Source: a virus
IMG/VR virus record: IMGVR_UViG_3300028920_000049
DNA: 64,000 nt
Reading direction: 5' to 3' (one strand)
Under the pieces are notes generated by a model. That model was not told where the DNA came from. It worked only from the letters and a program-made list of their open reading frames with translations, and searched no databases. How positions within the stretch are numbered: position 1 is the first letter of the stretch; each line of letters begins with the position of its first letter. Position numbers and translations under genes: made by a program. Below, in pieces: positions 1 to 10,103 of the stretch.

Positions 1-2200
1 AGGTTGTGATCTCTGTCTTGTTTGTCGTAACCGCTGCCAACTTAACCTTGGTACCTTTGGGCATCTGCTTGATGTCCTCGATACTGTTAAATCTGTGGCC
101 AAACAGCTTAGTGCCTATCTCTGCAAGAGGGTGAGCAGATACGAAAAAGCCTAGGAGCTCGTGCTCGTCTGCGAGCAGCTTGTCCTGAGCATGTTCATCC
201 ATCTCAAGAATCGTGGGCCACTCTGGTTCCTCTGGTCTTACCGGAGGCTTGAGCACCTTTAGTTGCTTACCCTTTTCAGATAGTACACCTTTCTCAATAT
301 CTTCTAATCTCTGGGCACAGGCATCGAGTTTCTTCTGATATGTCTCGAGCTTCTTGAAGTACTTCTTCATCTCTGCTCGGTGATTCCAGATGATCTCAAC
401 AGCGCTCTGCATTGTTGCTCGGGTCATCCCCATGCAGTCGAATGCACCTGCTTTGATCAGAGAGTCGAGCTTCAATCTGTTGATCGTGCCCAAGTCAACA
501 CGTTCACAGAAATCCCTCAGGCTGGTGAAGGGTCTCTTCTCTCGTTCCTCGATAACCTTCTCGACTGGGCCCTCACCTAGGTTCTTAATCGGACCCAATC
601 CAAAGCGTATGTTGCCTTCTTTGGTAACGTGAAAGGACTGCCTGCTCTCGTTGATATCAGGAGGCAGCACATGTATACCTAGCCTCTTGCACTCAGCTAG
701 GTAGCGAATCATCTGGTCTTTGTTGCCCGCATCGCAGGTCATTACAGCGCACATATACTCTGTAGGATAGTGCGTCTTTAGCCAGGCTGTCTGGTATGTG
801 ATATACGCATATGCAGCTGCGTGACTCTTATTAAAGCCGTACGCGGCAAAGGCCACCATGTCGTTCCAGAGCCTGTCTGCCATCTTCTCTGGCAACCCTG
901 ACTCTTTCCACCCCTGCTTAAATTTAGGCTCATGCTTCTCCATGAGCTTTCGTTTCTTCTTGCCTACGGCCTTTCTCAGCTCGTCAGCTTCACCCCCTGA
1001 GTAGCCACAGAGCTGCTTCGCAATCTCCATGATCTGCTCTTGATAGATTAGCCAGCCGGCAGTTCTGGACAGGATAGGTTCCAGCTCTGGAACCAAATAC
1101 TCTGGGTCTCTCTGCCCTGCTCGGACAGATAGGTAGATGTCTTTGTAGTCAGAGTCCAACGGACCTGGACGGTAAATGGCTACCAAGGCAGTGAGGTCTT
1201 CTAGGCAGGTCGGACGGATAAGGACCAGCAGGTCTTTCATTCCTGAGCTCGCCTCGAGCTGGAACACGCCTACGTTGTCACCTGTGCGCAGGTTTGCAAA
1301 GACTTTGTCGTCCTCAATGTCTACCTGGTTGATGTCTATCTTCTTCCCGTGTCTTTCCTCAATAATATCAACACACTTGTGAATCTTATCCAGAGCCTCG
1401 AGACCCAGGAAGTCGAATTTGATCAGGCCGAATTCCTCGATGTTGTTCATCTCCCACTGGGTCGTAACCTCGTCCCCTCTGCCCTTGAACAGAGGAACCG
1501 TGTTCATCATCGTCTCGTTGCTGATTACCACACCTGAGGCGTGGACACCCACGCTGTTTATATGATCCTCCACCTTTTCGGCCCATCTCAAAATGTCTCC
1601 TTGTGTACTGTCGGAATTCCTATACGCATGGAGCTCGGGCACCAGTTTGATGGATGTTGTCAGGGTCTGTGGTTTGCCGTGAACGGGAGCCAACAGGAGC
1701 TTGGCTAGCTGGTCACCTACTGCATACGGATGGCCCAAAGTTTTGGCAATACCACGTACTGCCGCCTTGGCTCGTTGCATATTAAAGGTTCCAATGTGAG
1801 CTACTCGGTCTTGGCCATACTTCTGTGTTACATAGTCGATGACTCTGTCGCGATATCTCTTCTCGAAGTCTACATCGATATCAGGCATTGAGATTCTGTC
1901 AGGGTTAAGGAACCTCTCGAATAGCAGCCCGAATTTCAGTGGATCTATTTCTGTGATGTGGAGACAGTAGGCTACCAAGCTTCCGGCTGCACTTCCACGA
2001 CCAGGACCGACATAGATCCCGTTCCTCTTTGCCCACTCAATGAAGTCTTGGACGATAAGGAAGTACCCAGGGAAACCCATCTTTATGATGGTCTCCATCT
2101 CGTAACGCAACCTGTCTTTGTATTCTGTTTTGTTCAGTAGGCCTCTCGTTTGTAGGCCCACCTCACACTTGTATACAAAATAGCGATCTAGCTCATTCAT
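1..2200 (-). CDS. dnaE: DNA polymerase III alpha subunit, catalytic part (runs off the window edge, so absent from the ORF track)
   Basis: Hand translation from ATG at 2200 gives MNELDRYF...MGFPGYFLIVQDFI...VGPGRGSAAGSLVAY...FERFLNP.R.SMPDIDVDF, which are DnaE motifs. The frame is also open at the window edge. ATGA overlap with the upstream PHP gene. Confidence 0.92.
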   Translation of the reverse strand, partial: MNELDRYFVYKCEVGLQTRGLLNKTEYKDRLRYEMETIIKMGFPGYFLIVQDFIEWAKRNGIYVGPGRGSAAGSLVAYCLHITEIDPLKFGLLFERFLNPDRISMPDIDVDFEKRYRDRVIDYVTQKYGQDRVAHIGTFNMQRAKAAVRGIAKTLGHPYAVGDQLAKLLLAPVHGKPQTLTTSIKLVPELHAYRNSDSTQGDILRWAEKVEDHINSVGVHASGVVISNETMMNTVPLFKGRGDEVTTQWEMNNIEEFGLIKFDFLGLEALDKIHKCVDIIEERHGKKIDINQVDIEDDKVFANLRTGDNVGVFQLEASSGMKDLLVLIRPTCLEDLTALVAIYRPGPLDSDYKDIYLSVRAGQRDPEYLVPELEPILSRTAGWLIYQEQIMEIAKQLCGYSGGEADELRKAVGKKKRKLMEKHEPKFKQGWKESGLPEKMADRLWNDMVAFAAYGFNKSHAAAYAYITYQTAWLKTHYPTEYMCAVMTCDAGNKDQMIRYLAECKRLGIHVLPPDINESRQSFHVTKEGNIRFGLGPIKNLGEGPVEKVIEEREKRPFTSLRDFCERVDLGTINRLKLDSLIKAGAFDCMGMTRATMQSAVEIIWNHRAEMKKYFKKLETYQKKLDACAQRLEDIEKGVLSEKGKQLKVLKPPVRPEEPEWPTILEMDEHAQDKLLADEHELLGFFVSAHPLAEIGTKLFGHRFNSIEDIKQMPKGTKVKLAAVTTNKTEITT

Positions 2201-3222
2201 GTTTGTTGGGTTCTAAGTATACTACAGTCTCTCTCTTGCCATGCAAGAAAATCTTGGTAGTCATCACTGGCGGTGATGTCAAACTGGGGGTTCTGGTACT
2301 TACCTAGTGTAATTTCCACGTTGCAACTCTCTGCAATCTTTGTGGTATTCCAGAACGCTTCTTCTACTCCCATTGCGGCAGCAGCCTTATACATATCTTC
2401 GGGATCTCGGATGAAAAAATTTCCACCCGAGTAGTCGTTTTTATCTTCTTTTTCTTCGTATTCTGTCAGCGTCATCTTCATCTGCTGGGCCATGATCAAG
2501 TTGTGTGTGGCCTTATCTTCTTCACGTAGATAGTGTGCGTCCGCAGTGATGACCATAGGAAGACCCCACTCCTGTGCCTTATTGATGAGCCACTTGTTGT
2601 AAGCCTTCTGCATCTTGATCTCATGGTCTTGCACCTCGAGATAGAATCTGTCTTTGAAGAAGGGGCGGATCATCTCTACCCATCGCTCTCCTTCTCCAAA
2701 CGGATCAGTGAACTCGTCTTTGTCTTCCTCGTAGATGCTGCCCTGCATCTTAACTTCATCTGTGCCTGGAACAAAAGCGGTCTTCTTGGCAGCTATGCCT
2801 CCCATACAAGCAGTAGTAGCAATCAGGCCTTCGGACCTCTTTTCGAAGTTTCCGTAGTAAATCCTGGGCTTGTAGTAGAAGTTGTTCAGATTGGCATTAT
2901 TGATGAGCCAGATGAGATTCTTGAAACCTGTCTCGTTTTGTACAAGTAGGACCATGTGACGGTTGTCTCGATGGCGGTCGGTCTTCTCGATCCCATCTTT
3001 GTCTTCCGTAACGTAGGCCTCACAGCCAATGATCGGCTTGATACCTGCCTCCTTGGCCTTTTTGTAGAACTCTATGACTCCGTGCAGTACGCCGTGGTCT
3101 GTGATTGCACAGGCAGACATGCCAAGATTCTTTACTCTCTCGACTAGCTTCTCGATTTTATTGGCTCCATCTAGCACCGAGTATTCTGTGTGTGCGTGCA
3201 GGTGTGTGAAATCTTTACTCAT
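2197..3222 (-). CDS. dnaE: DnaE N-terminal PHP domain as a separate gene
   Basis: HLHAHTEYSVLDGA, AITDHG, IIGCEAY and ITADAHY motifs. Likely start is MSKDF at 3222 (track ORF starts at 3279). Confidence 0.92.
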   Translation of the reverse strand: MSKDFTHLHAHTEYSVLDGANKIEKLVERVKNLGMSACAITDHGVLHGVIEFYKKAKEAGIKPIIGCEAYVTEDKDGIEKTDRHRDNRHMVLLVQNETGFKNLIWLINNANLNNFYYKPRIYYGNFEKRSEGLIATTACMGGIAAKKTAFVPGTDEVKMQGSIYEEDKDEFTDPFGEGERWVEMIRPFFKDRFYLEVQDHEIKMQKAYNKWLINKAQEWGLPMVITADAHYLREEDKATHNLIMAQQMKMTLTEYEEKEDKNDYSGGNFFIRDPEDMYKAAAAMGVEEAFWNTTKIAESCNVEITLGKYQNPQFDITASDDYQDFLAWQERDCSILRTQQT

Positions 3223-3535
3223 TGTTGTCTCCAAACAGCAAAGCGAGGCGGTCGATAGGTTTGGGCTTCTCTTCTTCAACCTGCTCCCCAGATATGACTG
3301 TGTAGGCGATCTCAGCTAGCAGGTGATTGAGCTCACCTTGTGTTAGGGACAGGCCCTGATTGTACCTGTTGCGTACGTCAATGGCGTATTTCCACACGCC
3401 ACCCTCGTGTGGATCTATCTTACGCCATATGTACACATGAATGAAGCGTTTGTTCCAGTTACCACTCCATATGTGGGTGCAGCCATCGTATCCCCCCGAC
3501 TGGTAATCAAAGGGGCCATCAAATTCGTGAGCCAT
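3215..3535 (-). CDS. hypothetical protein
   Basis: 106-aa ORF tightly packed between recA and the PHP gene. Confidence 0.6.
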   Translation of the reverse strand: MAHEFDGPFDYQSGGYDGCTHIWSGNWNKRFIHVYIWRKIDPHEGGVWKYAIDVRNRYNQGLSLTQGELNHLLAEIAYTVISGEQVEEEKPKPIDRLALLFGDNNE

Positions 3536-4570
3536 TTACAGCTTGGATTGGATTTCCCGAATCAGGTCTGGCTTTTCTTTCAAAGCTACTACGACGTTGG
3601 CTTCTCCCTGGCCAAGTTTATCTCCGGCATAGGAATACCAAGCTCCAGATTTTTCTACGACATTGTGTTTAACCGCAACCGATAGAAGATCTTGTACGAT
3701 ATCAATGCCTTTACCGTATCTGATTTGGAACTCAGCCTGCCTAAACGGAGGAGCTACCTTATTCTTGACTACCTTAACGCGAGTGGAGTTTGCAACAAAT
3801 TCTTTGTCATCTCCTGCTCCTTCTGAGACACCACCAGTACGCCTGATGTCTAGTCTTTGCGAAGAGTAGAACTTTAATGCATTCCCGCCTGATGTAGTCT
3901 CTGGGTTACCGAACATGACTCCGATCTTCATTCGGATCTGGTTAACGAACATAACAGTAGTTTTAGTACGAAGACATGGACCCACGAGCTTGCGCATAGC
4001 CTGGCTCATGAGCCTCGCTTGCCTACCTACGTGGCTATCTCCGATCTCACCCTCAATCTCTGCCTGTGGAGTTAGTGCTGCTACTGAGTCGATTACAACG
4101 AGACCTAGTGCACCAGACTTGATCAGCCTGTCTGCAATCTGTAGTGCCTGCTCGCCGTTGTCAGGCTGAGAAAAGATGAGCTTATTGGTATCGATACCAA
4201 TGTTCGCTCCATAGATTGGGTCAAATGCATGCTCGACATCGATGAACGCTGCACGTCTATCGATCTTCTGCATCTCTGCAATAGCGTGCAAACAAAGTGT
4301 AGTCTTTCCGCTGGATTCGGGTCCAAAGATTTCAACGATTCTACCCTTAGGGTATCCTCTATCATAGTGACCGGTAAGAGCTTTATTAAGGCTCATACAT
4401 CCAGACGAGAACCATTCTACGTCTGGGATGACTGCGTCGCCCACGATTAGAGCTTCCTTCCCAATGTCTTTTTCGATTGATGAGATTGCCAGTTCCAGAG
4501 CCTTATCTTCTGGAGACATTGTGTCGGTGGTTACCTTATCTTTCTTCTTCTGTGCCATGGTACCTTCCAT
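3536..4570 (-). CDS. recA: RecA recombinase
   Basis: [52 protein letters not shown] and [10 protein letters not shown]. Start may be 4558. Confidence 0.97.
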   Translation of the reverse strand: MEGTMAQKKKDKVTTDTMSPEDKALELAISSIEKDIGKEALIVGDAVIPDVEWFSSGCMSLNKALTGHYDRGYPKGRIVEIFGPESSGKTTLCLHAIAEMQKIDRRAAFIDVEHAFDPIYGANIGIDTNKLIFSQPDNGEQALQIADRLIKSGALGLVVIDSVAALTPQAEIEGEIGDSHVGRQARLMSQAMRKLVGPCLRTKTTVMFVNQIRMKIGVMFGNPETTSGGNALKFYSSQRLDIRRTGGVSEGAGDDKEFVANSTRVKVVKNKVAPPFRQAEFQIRYGKGIDIVQDLLSVAVKHNVVEKSGAWYSYAGDKLGQGEANVVVALKEKPDLIREIQSKL

Positions 4571-4886
4571 GCTTCTCTTTGAAGCGTTCTAACATTCTTT
4601 TACGGAACCACTTGACGTCTATGTCTACGATTCCAAGTAGGTCCTCTTGCGATAATTCCAGATCTCCCCACATGATTTTATAGTCTTCATCAAAGATGAA
4701 CCCCACTGCCGTTTCCCAGATAGCTATGTCGTTTGGTAAGTTCGAGCCAAACAGCGAAAGGTAGTCCCTTACTGCTTGCTCTACTACCTTCAGAATTAAA
4801 AACCGGCACTCTTCTATGTCTGGAAGATAGAAGCTTAGGTCAAACTGTGTTGATCCATGTTGGTAGAGCCGGTTATATCTATCCAT
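4536..4886 (-). CDS. hypothetical protein
   Basis: 116-aa ORF coupled to the RNR stop codon. Confidence 0.6.
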   Translation of the reverse strand: MDRYNRLYQHGSTQFDLSFYLPDIEECRFLILKVVEQAVRDYLSLFGSNLPNDIAIWETAVGFIFDEDYKIMWGDLELSQEDLLGIVDIDVKWFRKRMLERFKEKHGRYHGTEEER

Positions 4887-7873
4887 TAGCCCTGTGGAGG
4901 CGTCAGTTCACAACGTTCTGAGTCACAATATTTGTGTTCAAATCCTGATGTCTCAGATACTTTCTTCAGTTTTACTGGTTTTAGCTTCTTGACGACCTTC
5001 TCGTACTCCTCTTTAGTCATTGGCTGGTAGGGAGCGTGCTTGTATCCATGTTCTGTAAGCGGAAGGAAGCTGACAGACTTCAGGCGTGTCTCGTAGAGCT
5101 CGAGCGCCTGTTTGATCTGACATGCCTCTTCAGGCTTAAATGTAACGGTTACGGACACTTGGTTGTCTGCCCACCAGTATTGCATCTGGGCTACTATCTC
5201 TAGCTGCTCCCAGATGGAGAGTTCTGATCTGCTCTTATAAAAATTATCCTCTTTTACGGGGAAATAGACAACCACTGTGTTGTGGCCTTCACCTTCCTCT
5301 ATTCTGTATCCAGCCTTTTCGAGAGCCTCAACCAGCTGGGATCCAGCATCCATTCGGATGGTTCGCCAATAGTACTCGGCGTACGGGAAATGTACTCCTG
5401 GAGTTGATCCAGGGAGAAGTGACACAGTGCCACTGGGCTTAACGCTGGTAATTTTAATAGATTCAGGTATACAGAGCCACTTACTATACTTCCTGTCCAG
5501 ATTTCTGAGGTACCTGTAGCCGTCATCACATATCTGATAGTGGCCTCGTATCCCAAATTTTCTAAAAGACTGCGCGATGCCACTTTGACTAGTGCCGATC
5601 CGTCTGTTTCGTAACATAACAGCATTTGTCCTGGCGTTATGTGTTGGAACAAGTGTAACGGTTTTTGCATATAAATATGCGAACTTAAGAGTTCGTTGAT
5701 ATTCTTCAAAGTTTTGATGACGGGCTGGAAATGTCTCGACAAGACATTGGTATGTAAGGACGTTGCCAAAGACACCCTTGTGTTCTCTGGGTTCTGTAAA
5801 GCAGAAGACATCTTGTGTATCTTCAAGCTTCGTTACTGAAACAACTTTTTGTTTTCTGGCTCTATCTATTATTGTCCCTGGATGAGCATTGTTCTTCCCA
5901 AATCTACTTCCAAATCTAGTCGCTTTCTTGAGTCTAGTTCGGATAGCTTGACATTCGTAGCTGGGGATCAGTAGAACCCAAAGAGAGTAGTTGCGCTCCC
6001 CATAATTAGTCGCTTCGCCTTGATCGGCTTCTTTCCTTAGAGACGCATGGTTGATCCCTAACTTACGTAATAGTAGTTGTGCATCCCTCAACCTCTTCTC
6101 ATTACCATGTAGAACATAGTGATCTGTTTTAGGGTTCTTTCTTAGACAACCATCTGTATCTATCCACCCACCAAAAAAGTCAGCTAATGACTCAGCATCC
6201 CAAGAGAAAATTTCTTCTGGGAGACCCGCCTCTTTTGCTCTTAAAGAACGAGCAAGACGGAGTGGGAAATTAGGTAATCTGACTCTCTTAAATGGCCTGG
6301 CATAATTATTAGGATGTTGCTCCTTATATTCTCTACCGTTTAGCTCTTCTAGGATTGCGTATTCTGGTTCTTGTACTAAGGCTATAACGGAATTGCTGTC
6401 GATGTATCCATCACCTGCTATCCATCCTGCCTGGTACCCAGTACAGTCACGGGGTAGATTCCCTTCGTCTGAAGTATCCAGCTCTGTGGATTCAAGATAC
6501 ATGCCTTCTTGTAGATCTTTGGTGGCTATTCGTCGATAGTTTCTTTGTGTTCGCAATCGCGCAGACCATTCATGATCGTTTGTTGTATCCAAATAAGACC
6601 CGTCACTTAGGGTCACCCTATAAATAGACTTATCATGAGCCGCAACAAAAGGCTTAACGGTAGACCATTCTTTTCCGTTCCATACTTCTACATCCTTGTC
6701 TACTACATCAATAATTCGTGGGTATCCATTACGCGTTAGGATGCGAGTGTCTGCCGTTACACAGCAAAGCTCATAGCTCTCCAGTGTCTGCTCACTGCAC
6801 GGGTTACAGCCTGCTGCGAGGCCGTCCTTCTCTGGGTCTGGTGGGTCTGCTAGCCGTCCGTAGTTCCTTGCTGTGTCTAACCACAGGTAGCCTGGCTCAC
6901 CGTTCTTAGCAGTGAGCTCAGCTACGACAGAGTAGTCCATGCCTATCTCTGCGAACAGACTATTGTTGGAGGCCCACCTCCACTCGTCTAACTTCTTCTT
7001 GTTGGTCAGGGGATCCTTGAGCTCGAGGAACTTTTCGTCCTCTGGATCACCAATCATGATCTCTGCTGAGCGCCGTACATTTCCTGAGACTACACACCTG
7101 CCAATAGCATTGAACAGATCTACAATAGCCTCTGAGTCGATGTAGTTGTCGATGTACGGATTCAGGATGGCGGGGATGTCGGTCTCTGCTAGCTGTTGAA
7201 GCGGAGCAGGACCTGAGGCTGTCCCTCCAAATGATTTGATTGGTGTTCCGTAGGGCCTTACCTTGCTGTAGTCTACCTCTGCTGGCAGAGCTCCACGCCC
7301 AAAGTAGGCGTCGATGTATGTACGTACCAACTCTACCCAGCCCTCTCGGGTATCTTCCACGACAAAGGTGTAGCTTCCTATTCTGGGTTCTCTGATCTTG
7401 ATAGTTTCGGCACCCTTGGTATCAGATCCTACACCTACTCCCAGCATGGACATGTCCATCAAGAAGCAGAATGGTTCTGAGTACTCGATGTGAAGATTCT
7501 TTGTGGAGACGAAGGAGCAGTTGTTAAGTGCAGCTCCACCGCGCTTCTCAACGAAGTCGGTTCCCATCATCCACAAGCCTCGCCCAGGGGGAAGGAATTT
7601 CATCTCCCACATGAGGCGAAACATTTCTTGTGCTGAGTGCTGTGCTTTTACACCATTCCAGGGTAGTTTTAGCCCCTCACAGTACCGCCTCTGGATGGTG
7701 TAGGTTCCTTCAACTACTCGTTGAAGAGTTTCCCACCACTCCTCGGTTCGGTTCTGGCCGGGGACTGGGCGTGCATACGTACGTTTGTACGTGATGTAGC
7801 CCAGTGGTCCCCATTCAGGCTGCTTGCCCTTGTACTTATCGATAAAGGCATCAGACAGACTGAAACTGGCCAT
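4886..7873 (-). CDS. nrdJ: class II (B12-dependent) ribonucleoside-triphosphate reductase, monomeric type, intein-containing (about 656 aa after splicing)
   Basis: TYKRTYAR, FLPPGRGLW, ALNNC, GNVRRSAE, NPCSEQTLESYELC/CLVETFP and TSVKPSGTVSLL motifs. Confidence 0.93.
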   Translation of the reverse strand: MASFSLSDAFIDKYKGKQPEWGPLGYITYKRTYARPVPGQNRTEEWWETLQRVVEGTYTIQRRYCEGLKLPWNGVKAQHSAQEMFRLMWEMKFLPPGRGLWMMGTDFVEKRGGAALNNCSFVSTKNLHIEYSEPFCFLMDMSMLGVGVGSDTKGAETIKIREPRIGSYTFVVEDTREGWVELVRTYIDAYFGRGALPAEVDYSKVRPYGTPIKSFGGTASGPAPLQQLAETDIPAILNPYIDNYIDSEAIVDLFNAIGRCVVSGNVRRSAEIMIGDPEDEKFLELKDPLTNKKKLDEWRWASNNSLFAEIGMDYSVVAELTAKNGEPGYLWLDTARNYGRLADPPDPEKDGLAAGCNPCSEQTLESYELCCVTADTRILTRNGYPRIIDVVDKDVEVWNGKEWSTVKPFVAAHDKSIYRVTLSDGSYLDTTNDHEWSARLRTQRNYRRIATKDLQEGMYLESTELDTSDEGNLPRDCTGYQAGWIAGDGYIDSNSVIALVQEPEYAILEELNGREYKEQHPNNYARPFKRVRLPNFPLRLARSLRAKEAGLPEEIFSWDAESLADFFGGWIDTDGCLRKNPKTDHYVLHGNEKRLRDAQLLLRKLGINHASLRKEADQGEATNYGERNYSLWVLLIPSYECQAIRTRLKKATRFGSRFGKNNAHPGTIIDRARKQKVVSVTKLEDTQDVFCFTEPREHKGVFGNVLTYQCLVETFPARHQNFEEYQRTLKFAYLYAKTVTLVPTHNARTNAVMLRNRRIGTSQSGIAQSFRKFGIRGHYQICDDGYRYLRNLDRKYSKWLCIPESIKITSVKPSGTVSLLPGSTPGVHFPYAEYYWRTIRMDAGSQLVEALEKAGYRIEEGEGHNTVVVYFPVKEDNFYKSRSELSIWEQLEIVAQMQYWWADNQVSVTVTFKPEEACQIKQALELYETRLKSVSFLPLTEHGYKHAPYQPMTKEEYEKVVKKLKPVKLKKVSETSGFEHKYCDSERCELTPPQG
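5747..6763 (-). mobile_element. intein (339 aa) with LAGLIDADG endonuclease in nrdJ
   Basis: Begins CVTADTRILTRNG and ends GVFGNVLTYQ before a +1 Cys. Internal LAGLIDADG-like blocks AGWIAGDG and GGWIDTDG. Removal restores ELC-CLVETFP. Confidence 0.9.
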
Positions 7874-8223
7874 TAGTCGATCTCGTTATCCGCCTTTGGT
7901 GGTGCTACAGTGTTGATTAGGTGATCGAGCTTCTGGCTCATTACCTGCACTGCGCGGCCAACTTCATGTACGAGCCTATCACCCATTACCTGGGTGTTAT
8001 TATAGACTGCGTCAATCTGCTTATTGGCGTGACCGTGCACACCTAGTAGCTCTACCAGGCCCTGGCTCTTCCCAAACACCTGGAATACGAAGTTGTTTTC
8101 TTCAGTGAGGCCAACCACATAGCCGATCTTAAGATCATTGAGGTTCAGCTGCTCTTCCTGTTCTGGTGCCTCAGTTACTTTTGTCTCTTCCACTTCGGTG
8201 GCTTGTGCTTCTACGTCACTCAT
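7873..8223 (-). CDS. hypothetical protein
   Basis: Likely start MSDVEAQ at 8223; stop abuts the nrdJ start. Confidence 0.6.
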   Translation of the reverse strand: MSDVEAQATEVEETKVTEAPEQEEQLNLNDLKIGYVVGLTEENNFVFQVFGKSQGLVELLGVHGHANKQIDAVYNNTQVMGDRLVHEVGRAVQVMSQKLDHLINTVAPPKADNEID

Positions 8224-8228
8224 AATGA

Positions 8229-8807
8229 TTATTTCCTTTCGCCGTTGCTGTGTTGCATACGGTCTAGACTTTTGCTGTGGTTCATTTCCACTGCACATGA
8301 AATTGCTGCTTGTTCGACCATCTTCTGGACCTTGGAGATCTGCTCAAGGATCTGTTTCCAGAAGCTGTACTCACTCTTGTAAATAGCTGCAGCTTGGCTA
8401 TAGTTTTGTACTTCATGTTCGGCCAAAGAGTCAAGGGTTGCTGCAGCTGGAAGTTTCCAGCCATTCTCCCTATATTCGTCGACAATTTGCTTCTTGACGT
8501 CGGCATAAGAGGAGTCTTTGCTGACCTCGAAATTCTCTTTCTTTTTCTGGGCTTCGATGAAGTAGAAAGATGCCTCTTGATAGAGGTTTGCTAGCTGGAG
8601 ATTAATCTCAATAGCAAGCTGTGGAGACATATTGTCCATAGGAATACGGACCTGGAAGTGTTCCTTCCATTGTGTCAGCGTCTTCCCCCTGACCATATAT
8701 CTCTGCTCGAATGATTTATTGAGAGTCTCAGCTAATGCATGTCCTGCCAGCACTTTTTGCATGATCAGGTCGGCTTGCGCCTTTGGTGTGAGTTGGGATA
8801 CCTTCAT
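8229..8807 (-). CDS. hypothetical helical protein
   Basis: Likely start MKVSQL at 8807, with a TAATG overlap and GAGG RBS. Confidence 0.65.
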   Translation of the reverse strand: MKVSQLTPKAQADLIMQKVLAGHALAETLNKSFEQRYMVRGKTLTQWKEHFQVRIPMDNMSPQLAIEINLQLANLYQEASFYFIEAQKKKENFEVSKDSSYADVKKQIVDEYRENGWKLPAAATLDSLAEHEVQNYSQAAAIYKSEYSFWKQILEQISKVQKMVEQAAISCAVEMNHSKSLDRMQHSNGERK

Positions 8808-9142
8808 TAATCCTCGTTCATTATCTGCCACCATCTGCTCGGCGGCGTGATTGGCTTTTCTTGATAGCCTGCTAGATACTCATGATGCTCTAGGGCTTTT
8901 TGTTCTGTAGCATAGCGATACATTTCTTCTTCGTTGCTACCGTCGCGTGTCACCATGGTCTCGAAGATGAGAGGTCCTTCGGGACTACTTCCGTGTGAGA
9001 GTCCTAGCCAGATCGTTGAGATGTCTGTCCCGTCATGGAGGTGTGTGAGTTTAACGCTTCTATATTCGTCATTCTCGAATAGACGCGTCCACTCTTCTTC
9101 CGTGATTGGATTGTTCTCTCTATCAAAGTATTCTAGTGACAT
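8807..9142 (-). CDS. hypothetical phage protein
   Basis: 111-aa ORF in operon context. Confidence 0.6.
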   Translation of the reverse strand: MSLEYFDRENNPITEEEWTRLFENDEYRSVKLTHLHDGTDISTIWLGLSHGSSPEGPLIFETMVTRDGSNEEEMYRYATEQKALEHHEYLAGYQEKPITPPSRWWQIMNED

Positions 9143-10094
9143 CTGCGTATATCTCTGGGAGATGACACTCCTGAAAGTCGTAATAATACTGGGCTTTCCT
9201 GATGTTTATCAGCACCTCTTCCCAGGTCCCTGCGTGTGGGGTTACAGCCTTATACTTATAGGGGCAGCCCGACACTGAGCCATCCGGCCAGATCTGGAAT
9301 TTGGATATGTTTGCTGAGCATCCGTAGCCTGTATCTTTGAACTTTACGACATCTCGTAGGCACCCGTCAACAAGTAGTTTATGGCGGTAGCCATTTCTTT
9401 CGGCCATTTCATAGACCTGCTCAATAAAGTGCAGGTCTGTCCTCATCTGTTGCTTGTCTATCTCGGCTGTCTGAAGTGTTCTCTTAGCTCCAACAGGAGA
9501 CTTGGTGAGCATTAGATAGATCTGATCTAAGTATGCCTGTGCTTCGTCGATCCAGCGCAAACCAGTTAGGATACTGTTCTTATCCATCTTGCTGGGAATC
9601 TTCACATTCCAGCCAAACTGTGTATTTTCTAGTCTCTTGGTTAGGTTTCTAAAGCCATGCCTTCTCATCGTGGGCGGGTGGCTGAGACTAATGAAGTCTA
9701 GTCTTTCCAGTTCAGTGTCATCTATCTTTAGTGTCTCAATGTAATCCCTGAGCACTCCTGCACTATGTACTGTAATGTGAAGCTCTGGCCTGCTGGGGAG
9801 TATGTTGGCTAGGTATAGAAACTCTTGGAACAACGCACCTAGGTGGGCTCGGCGAGGAAGTGCCCCTGGAGTGTTCACACCAGGGAGTGTATCGACAGAC
9901 ATAGTAATCTGGCCAATGTCGTGATCGCGGCATAGACGACCAAGCAGGCTTGTCTGCTCTGTGCATGGCATCTGTAGAGTCTCTGTGTGGGCTTTGACAT
10001 AGCAGCCCTTACAGTTCATTCCACAGTATCTTGTGGGCTGAAAGAAGACAGCATCAGCCTGGATCTTCTCACTGCCCTTTATTTGAACTAGCAT
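9123..10094 (-). CDS. radical SAM domain protein, probably with a SPASM-like C-terminus
   Basis: CxxxCxxC (CGMNCKGC) near the N-terminus; GCSANI...IWPDGSVSGCPY near the C-terminus. Confidence 0.7.
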   Translation of the reverse strand: MLVQIKGSEKIQADAVFFQPTRYCGMNCKGCYVKAHTETLQMPCTEQTSLLGRLCRDHDIGQITMSVDTLPGVNTPGALPRRAHLGALFQEFLYLANILPSRPELHITVHSAGVLRDYIETLKIDDTELERLDFISLSHPPTMRRHGFRNLTKRLENTQFGWNVKIPSKMDKNSILTGLRWIDEAQAYLDQIYLMLTKSPVGAKRTLQTAEIDKQQMRTDLHFIEQVYEMAERNGYRHKLLVDGCLRDVVKFKDTGYGCSANISKFQIWPDGSVSGCPYKYKAVTPHAGTWEEVLINIRKAQYYYDFQECHLPEIYADVTRIL

Positions 10095-10103
10095 GACCTT
10101 CTC

